This document shows, one piece after another, positions 58,080 to 64,000 of a DNA stretch of 64,000 bases. The stretch is taken from the NCBI GenBank assembly GCA_000004985.1, contig GG738860.1; one strand, 5' to 3'. The stretch is from Naegleria gruberi. Its lineage: Eukaryota. A program made the position numbers and the translations under genes. Position 1 is the first letter of the stretch. Each line of letters opens with the position of its first letter. The notes under the pieces were generated by a model, which was given only the letters and a program-made list of their open reading frames with translations, did not search any database and was not told where the DNA came from.

Positions 58080-58555
58080 TTTTTTTTTTGATTGATGAAA
58101 GATGGGAGGGTGGTTGGTGCGTCCGTTTTTATTGAAGAGAGTAAAGCAGAAGAGGAAAGAGAATGGCGGATGAGTGTTACAATGGGAGATTTGAACTCCT
58201 TGGGAATAAAAACAGCCGACAATGACGGAATGGATTGTTGTAAACTTGATGTTTATATTCGAAAGTTCAAAGAAGGTATTGTGGAGGAAAATGTCGTATT
58301 TAAAAAGTGGTTGTATATTCAGGAGTCTGATTTGAAAAATTTGCTGCGTGGATTAATAAATGATGATTGACCATTTGCAAAGTCAAATCATTGGTAAGAA
58401 TTGATGCTTTTGATAATTAATAGTGTATTTGATATTATTCAAGATTAAAAACAATTGTTTTAAGAAGCTCTCATGTGAATTCCATCTACTTTCAGGCAAT
58501 AAGGTAAAATGATGTGTATCTTATGATACGATGTTTTTAAAAACTTAATAAGGAA

Positions 58556-58636
58556 GTTGAGGTGGCCGAGTGGTTAAGGCGCCAGCCTGCTAAGTTGGTG
58601 GAGTAATCCGCGTGGGTTCGAATCCCATCCTCAACG
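58556..58636 (+). tRNA. tRNA-Ser(GCU): tRNA-Ser (anticodon GCT)
   Basis: Acceptor GTTGAGG/CCTCAAC. 3-bp D stem. Anticodon loop CTGCTAA. Long variable arm TGGAGTAATCCGC. T arm GTGGG-TTCGAAT-CCCAT. Confidence 0.8.
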
Positions 58637-59791
58637 TTTTGCTTGATTAATATTTTTTTATCAAACAAAGATTTTTATTGAGGACAATTGTCCTCCCAAA
58701 AAACAGAGCTGTCCATGACCCTTAATATTTTTTCCGATTGGGAGCTTGACATGATCTTATTCACGGAGTGCAATTGGTGAACATGTTCCTCACCTGGTCC
58801 TTCCTTTGAGTTGCTCCAAAGATGAGTTTAATACAAAATTAATATTTATTACAATGATAAAAATAGTGATGAATAGCTTGTTGGTTCGCTCTCAACAGAT
58901 CCATTTCCTCATTCTGACAATGCTTCTTGTCTTTCCAATAAATTTTTGATTGTGCATTCAATGAATTGAAAGTTCACAATCTGGTTATAACTCAACCTTG
59001 TTGTTTGTTCAATAATAAAGAGGAGTGGATTCTGTTGTATATACTGCATTTTACAACCACAATTATATTAGATTCCAAACTGATTACACTCTCCCATGTC
59101 TCACCGATAGGAGTAATGAAACCAAGTATCCATTCATTTAGATATTAGGAGATTAAGGTGAAACAGTCTCCCAACTACAGTTATGAGAATGCCCAAAGAC
59201 AAAGTTCTTTTAGGAGATGATTGGATTAAATGTTTAAATGTGATCCAGGAGTTCTGAGGCAAAAAGGAAAAGTTTAATCTCCGTTGATGCAACCAGATTT
59301 GAATATTCACTCTTGTTTCATTACATTTTTAAAATCATTCTAATTGGTATGAAATGTTATTGTTTCGATTGAATGTATTGTTATTAATCTTGTTGAAGTG
59401 TTTCTTTTTAAAATTGAATCCAAAATGTGTTAATTCACGACAGAGTGGAATACTGCTATTTTTAAAGTTGTGATAAATGATTGGTTGTCAATGAGGATCA
59501 GCCGACTCCGTGATCAAATTGTATATCAAATAACGACATTAATTTCAAGTCAATTTGTTTACCACATGAAGCATACCCAAAAATACAATATTCAATCTAG
59601 ATAACAATTTTATTGGTGTTGCATTTTCTTTTAAGTGGCTTCCTGCTGTTACTTGGAAGCTGCACTGAACGCTAAAAAGAACCAATTGTAAACTCGTCAA
59701 AAAACTCCTATCAACTTCCGGTCCGTTGCGTCTTCTAGAAGCTTTAAAAACACAGCCAACCGCAATTCCTCAACAAACAGATTAAAAAAAA

Positions 59792-60941
59792 ATGAAATCA
59801 GTCTTTATTGCTGCTTTGTTGTTGGTTCTTGCCACTGCTGCATTTGCCTTCGACTCTGAATTCTTGGCTCAACCAGTCCATGATAACACCCTCATTAACA
59901 AGATTAACACTACCCCAAGAGTTGCTTGGAAGGCTGGTTCCTACAAGCAATTTGAAAACATGACCTTGGGTCAATTCAGAAAGGTATGTTTATATTGTTT
60001 TAACTCGTGGTGCCAACAATATTTTATTATTTTAATTTGTTATTAATTTTTTTCGCTACTTGCTCTCTCACTTCATGATGAACCACCACAACAAACACAA
60101 ACAAAATAATAATAACAATTCCACTCTACTCTAATGATATAGATGCTCGGTGCTGTCCTCATTCAAAAGGGTACTGCTGAAATGATCAAGAAGAAGACTG
60201 CTACTGGTGCTGTTGCTGCTGTCCCAGCTTTCGATTCTAGAACTAAATGGCCACACTGTGTTCACCCAATCAGAAATCAAGAACAATGCGGTTCTTGTTG
60301 GGCTTGTAAGTATTTAATTGTTGTGAAATTTTGTGATATATATTTCATTAATAGTCTCTGCTTCTGAAGTCTTGTCTGACAGATTCTGTATTGCTTCTGG
60401 CGGTAAGGTTGATGTTGTCTTGTCTCCTCAATACATGGTTTCTTGTGACTCTACTGATTATGGTTGTGATGGTGGTTATTTGAACAATGCTTGGGCTTTC
60501 CTTGCTGGTACTGGTATTCCATCTGATAAGTGTGCTCCATATACCTCTCAAAATGGTGATGTTGCTGCTTGTCCAAGCAAGTGTCAAGATGGTTCATCTG
60601 TCAAGCTCTACAAGGCTAAGAACCCACAACAATTGAACGATATCCCATCCATCATGGAAGATATGCAACAAAATGGTCCAGTTCAAGCTGCTTTCTCTGT
60701 TTATAGAGATTTCATGTCCTACAAGTCTGGTGTTTATCATCACGTCTCTGGTTCCCTCTTGGGTGGTCACGCCATCAAGATGGTCGGTTGGGGTGTTGAC
60801 TCTGCTACTAACAAGCCATATTGGATTATTGCTAACTCATGGGGCCCATCTTGGGGTTTGAACGGATTCTTCTGGATCTTGAGAGGTTCTGATGAATGCG
60901 GTATTGAGGACAATGTCTGGTCTGGTCAAGCTCAACTCTAA
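59792..60941 (+). CDS. cathepsin B-like cysteine protease, 3 exons (59792..59983, 60143..60305, 60355..60941), inverted paralog of 57040..58079
   Basis: Signal peptide MKSVFIAALLLVLATAAFA. Introns of 159 nt (GTATGT...TAG) and 49 nt (GTAAGT...TAG). Mature region is about 80% identical to the paralog. Confidence 0.85.
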
Positions 60942-61609
60942 ATATCTCAATATTTGAGTTTGTTGACAATAAATGTACCATTATTCACAAAATATTCAAA
61001 TTTTATTATAATCGGAAATGATAATTTAAAAAGTATTAATTATTAATTAAGATTAATAAGAGATCATATCGAATTGAAAATATTTAAGAATGAATTTATT
61101 AAATAACTAAAGCCTTGAAATAGATTTCTCCCATGTGCCATTGGAAAGAGCTCCATCTTGTAGATGCAATTTGAAATGCGATGGAATGCGATGATTGGTT
61201 GGTATTGACAATTCTACAAGAGAGACTTAATGTTTGTGTAGATGAAACAATGAATTTAATTAATGTTTTTAAATATTAACTATCTATCATTTATTAAAAG
61301 TGGAAGTGATATGAGTATGATGATTCTTACAAGTCAGAAAATGATCTGATTGAATCTGAAAGAGAAATTCCCAAATTGAATGTTAGTGAAATAATTGAAA
61401 AATCTTCTCAGCCCTGTTTCATTTGATGGGTAAGAAATTCCAAGCTTGTAGGTTGACGAAGAATTATTGTTTAAATTGGACCTAAGTGAATATTTCATAA
61501 AAGAATTTGATCATTTTTATTTTATTTGAATGTTGGTCAACCAACTTGTTATCAAGGTTAGCGATTTTCATTGTAAAATTCGAAATTGATCTAAATTGTT
61601 AAAAAAAAA

Positions 61610-64000
61610 ATGGATGAACAGAGGGATCATCCTGTTATTGGATTAATTCAATTTTTACCTCTCGAAGTTTGGTATGAACATATTCTTACATACTTTCCAT
61701 CGAATTTACTTTTATCCACTCGATTGGTCAACCGAAACTTTTCGAATATCATCCTTTCATATTTTATCAAACTAAAAAAGGAGTTTAATTATTCTACCTT
61801 TCGTCTTTCTAAAAAACAATTGAAGTATTCACTCAATTTTCTATCTAGATTTGAAAATTTACAAAGTTTCTGTTTTGAAAATCCCATTATGATAATTAAT
61901 GATAAAAATGATGAACAAGCAATGAATAGTTTACTTTCGGATTTGGTTTTTCTTGAACATTTACAAGAAATTGATTTAACAAGTTGTAATCATGATGGAC
62001 AATTTATTGAAAAGTTGCTGGAAAGAAATAATTCCAATAGAATGATTGAGAATTTAACAAGTTTATCTATGAATGTTGTTGAAAGTGAACATTTCACACT
62101 CATTTTGGAACATTTCATCAATTTGAAGAGTTTGAAAATAGAAAATTTTGAATATTCTTCATTTAATAATTCAATAGCTATTAAGTTGAATGATAAATTG
62201 GAAGAATTATTTATTCATTCAGGTATTACAGCCGAACATTTAAATCAAATTATGAAACAAGGAAGAAATTTGAAAAAATTATTGATTAAAATGTCAGCAA
62301 TAGAAATGGAATATCTTGATGACTTGTCAGCATTTGAAAATTTGACAAGTTTAACAATTGAAACCAACTGTGATGTTTCCTATGTTGATATTGATCAAAT
62401 TAATTCTGAACCTGAATTTCATGCCAACTATTTCAGTTCATTGAAAAATCTTAGAAATTTGACAGAATTGGAACTTCCTTGGACAATTTCAAATGAAAAT
62501 TCAGATTCAGTCAGAGAATTCTGCCATTTGTCTCAATTATCATCTCTAAAAACTCTTTATTTAACAATATTGCAGGGAAATGATAATCAAATTGAAATGG
62601 AAAAGACTTTGGAAAAAATTATTGTAACTATTAGTCATTTATATAATTTAACAGATCTTTCTCTTGATTTCTTGGAAATATTTACAGATTTTGAAGAGAT
62701 TGATCAAAATGTACTTGATAATATTCCTCAATTGACCAAACTTGAAAAATTTACCTTTGTAGGAATACCCTATCAAGATGGAACACATGTAAAGAATCTG
62801 TGTGATTATTATTGTGTTCCAACTTTGAAATATTTGTCCGTTTCCATAAAAGATGGAATAATTCCAAGTAGAAATGACTTGAAAAGTGTTGAAAGCATTG
62901 AAATGGTTATTGAGGAGGAAAATGATGTTTATTATCAATTATTTAACAAGACAAATCTTTCAAATATTACATCATTGGAAATTGGTTTGGTTAAATTGAA
63001 AGATTTGGAATTAATTTCACAAATGACAAATCTCAAAGACTTGTCAATGAAACTTGGAAACATTTCATCTTTTAAAAGTGTGAAATTTCCCAAATCATTA
63101 CAAAGTTTAGTACTTGAGGATTGTAATTTCCTGACTGGTATGGAGAATGAACACTTTTTTGACAGCTTTGGATCTTGTCCATTCTTGGAAATTATTAATT
63201 TTACAAAATGTCCACTTTTACAAGATTCATTTGTGAGAAAGCTCAGTAAATGGATTGAAAATAGCTTGGATTGTAAACAGATTATGTTTAACCAATGTGA
63301 TGGTTTGACTAATGATTCAGTTTTCTATTTCAAAGATTTGAAAAATTGCAAATACGTACATTTTTATGAATGTAGAGAATTATACTTTACAATGGAGATT
63401 TCAAATCTTTTGATGCGTAATACTTTTATAGAAGTAGAAACAGCATGTATTGTACCAAAAAGATTCTTTGATAGGCTAAACAATACCGAATCGTATATCA
63501 TTCATGAAGAAGAAATTGTAAATTCTCTAGAAAATTTCGAAAATATGATTCGAAAATTATTGGAATTAAGGCAATTTCAAAAGGCATCTCTTTACTTGCA
63601 AGCAAACATGTTTGAGAATTGTAGTGAAGAATCAGGAAATCACAAGAAATTACATCAGTTGCTTCAAGATAAGTCTACATTATTCGAAACCAAATGGTTT
63701 TTCTATTATTCCTTTTTAAAGTGTCATGTTGAAAACATCACTTTTACAACCTATGCAGATGTTGAATTTATATATAATCAAGCAATTGAATTAATTTTCA
63801 CCCAAACTAACCAAAATGAAGAATTTATTGAAGATTTAAAGATTTTACTTGTTGAACTGTTTGAGACAGGTAAAGAGTTTGAATGTATGATGAATAACAA
63901 GTCATTGGAATATATTACAACATATCTGTATGAAAAAAGAGATTTTGACAAGTTATTGAAATGTGCTTTAACAGAAGAAAGTGCATTAGAGTTGGTTAAT
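61610..64000 (+). CDS. F-box-like / LRR protein, runs off the right edge
   Basis: ATG follows an A10 run. LPLEVWYEHILTYFPSNLLLSTRLVNRNF is F-box-like. LRR-type L..L..L periodicity downstream. No stop before position 64000. Confidence 0.5.
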   Translation, partial: MDEQRDHPVIGLIQFLPLEVWYEHILTYFPSNLLLSTRLVNRNFSNIILSYFIKLKKEFNYSTFRLSKKQLKYSLNFLSRFENLQSFCFENPIMIINDKNDEQAMNSLLSDLVFLEHLQEIDLTSCNHDGQFIEKLLERNNSNRMIENLTSLSMNVVESEHFTLILEHFINLKSLKIENFEYSSFNNSIAIKLNDKLEELFIHSGITAEHLNQIMKQGRNLKKLLIKMSAIEMEYLDDLSAFENLTSLTIETNCDVSYVDIDQINSEPEFHANYFSSLKNLRNLTELELPWTISNENSDSVREFCHLSQLSSLKTLYLTILQGNDNQIEMEKTLEKIIVTISHLYNLTDLSLDFLEIFTDFEEIDQNVLDNIPQLTKLEKFTFVGIPYQDGTHVKNLCDYYCVPTLKYLSVSIKDGIIPSRNDLKSVESIEMVIEEENDVYYQLFNKTNLSNITSLEIGLVKLKDLELISQMTNLKDLSMKLGNISSFKSVKFPKSLQSLVLEDCNFLTGMENEHFFDSFGSCPFLEIINFTKCPLLQDSFVRKLSKWIENSLDCKQIMFNQCDGLTNDSVFYFKDLKNCKYVHFYECRELYFTMEISNLLMRNTFIEVETACIVPKRFFDRLNNTESYIIHEEEIVNSLENFENMIRKLLELRQFQKASLYLQANMFENCSEESGNHKKLHQLLQDKSTLFETKWFFYYSFLKCHVENITFTTYADVEFIYNQAIELIFTQTNQNEEFIEDLKILLVELFETGKEFECMMNNKSLEYITTYLYEKRDFDKLLKCALTEESALELVN

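Noticed and set aside
58092-58370. 92-aa plus-strand ORF upstream of cathepsin copy B
   Set aside because: Starts in the poly-T promoter region of the divergent cathepsin gene. No codon bias comparable to neighbouring genes, so it is likely 5' flank.
1-64000. Search for CRISPR arrays, rRNA genes and operon-like gene clusters
   Set aside because: None seen. The genes have spliceosomal introns and eukaryotic tRNAs. The only tandem repeats are a microsatellite and retroelement TSDs.

Overview
This window is a gene-dense eukaryotic nuclear region, not prokaryotic. It has spliceosomal introns of about 41-160 nt with GTAAGT/GTATGT donors, YAG acceptors and a CTGAC-type branch site, four nuclear tRNA genes, LINE-type retroelements, and AT-rich intergenic DNA with codon-biased genes. 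The short introns and gene families (ALG2, FAD2-type desaturase, 7TM-RGS receptors, TKL-like kinase, F-box/LRR, DUF4116, TPR/MYND) suggest an early-diverging fungus-like genome. That assignment is inference only.

Features:
- Partial ATP-grasp gene, at the left edge.
- COX6B-like CHCH protein gene.
- ALG2 mannosyltransferase.
- Two non-LTR retrotransposons. One is a 5'-truncated RT-RNaseH element with a 16-bp target-site duplication (TSD) abutting the ALG2 start codon. The other is a near full-length L1-like element (ORF1 / AP endonuclease (APE) / RT / C-terminal zinc knuckle) with a 19-bp TSD, inserted about 80 bp downstream of a tRNA-Ile.
- tRNA-Ala(AGC), tRNA-Ile(AAU), tRNA-Arg(UCU) and tRNA-Ser(GCU).
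- Two tandem 7TM-RGS receptor paralogs flanking the tRNA-Arg, an adjacent 2-exon 7TM receptor-like gene, and a third RGS-like membrane protein further along.
- A 3-exon delta-12 (FAD2-like) fatty acid desaturase.
- An EGF-like type I membrane protein, a roughly 1270-aa low-complexity protein, and a SPRY-domain protein.
- Two tandem coiled-coil paralogs.
- An EF-hand protein, a GST zeta / maleylacetoacetate isomerase, and a 4-exon myristoylatable protein kinase.
- A 348-nt assembly gap.
- Two DUF4116-repeat proteins, an ankyrin protein, and two F-box/LRR proteins.
- A TPR + parallel beta-helix + MYND-finger protein.
- An inverted pair of cathepsin B paralogs with non-identical intron positions.

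I found no CRISPR array, rRNA or operon-like prokaryotic system. The most unusual signals are the retroelement/tRNA/ALG2 arrangement and the clustered G-protein-signalling receptors.
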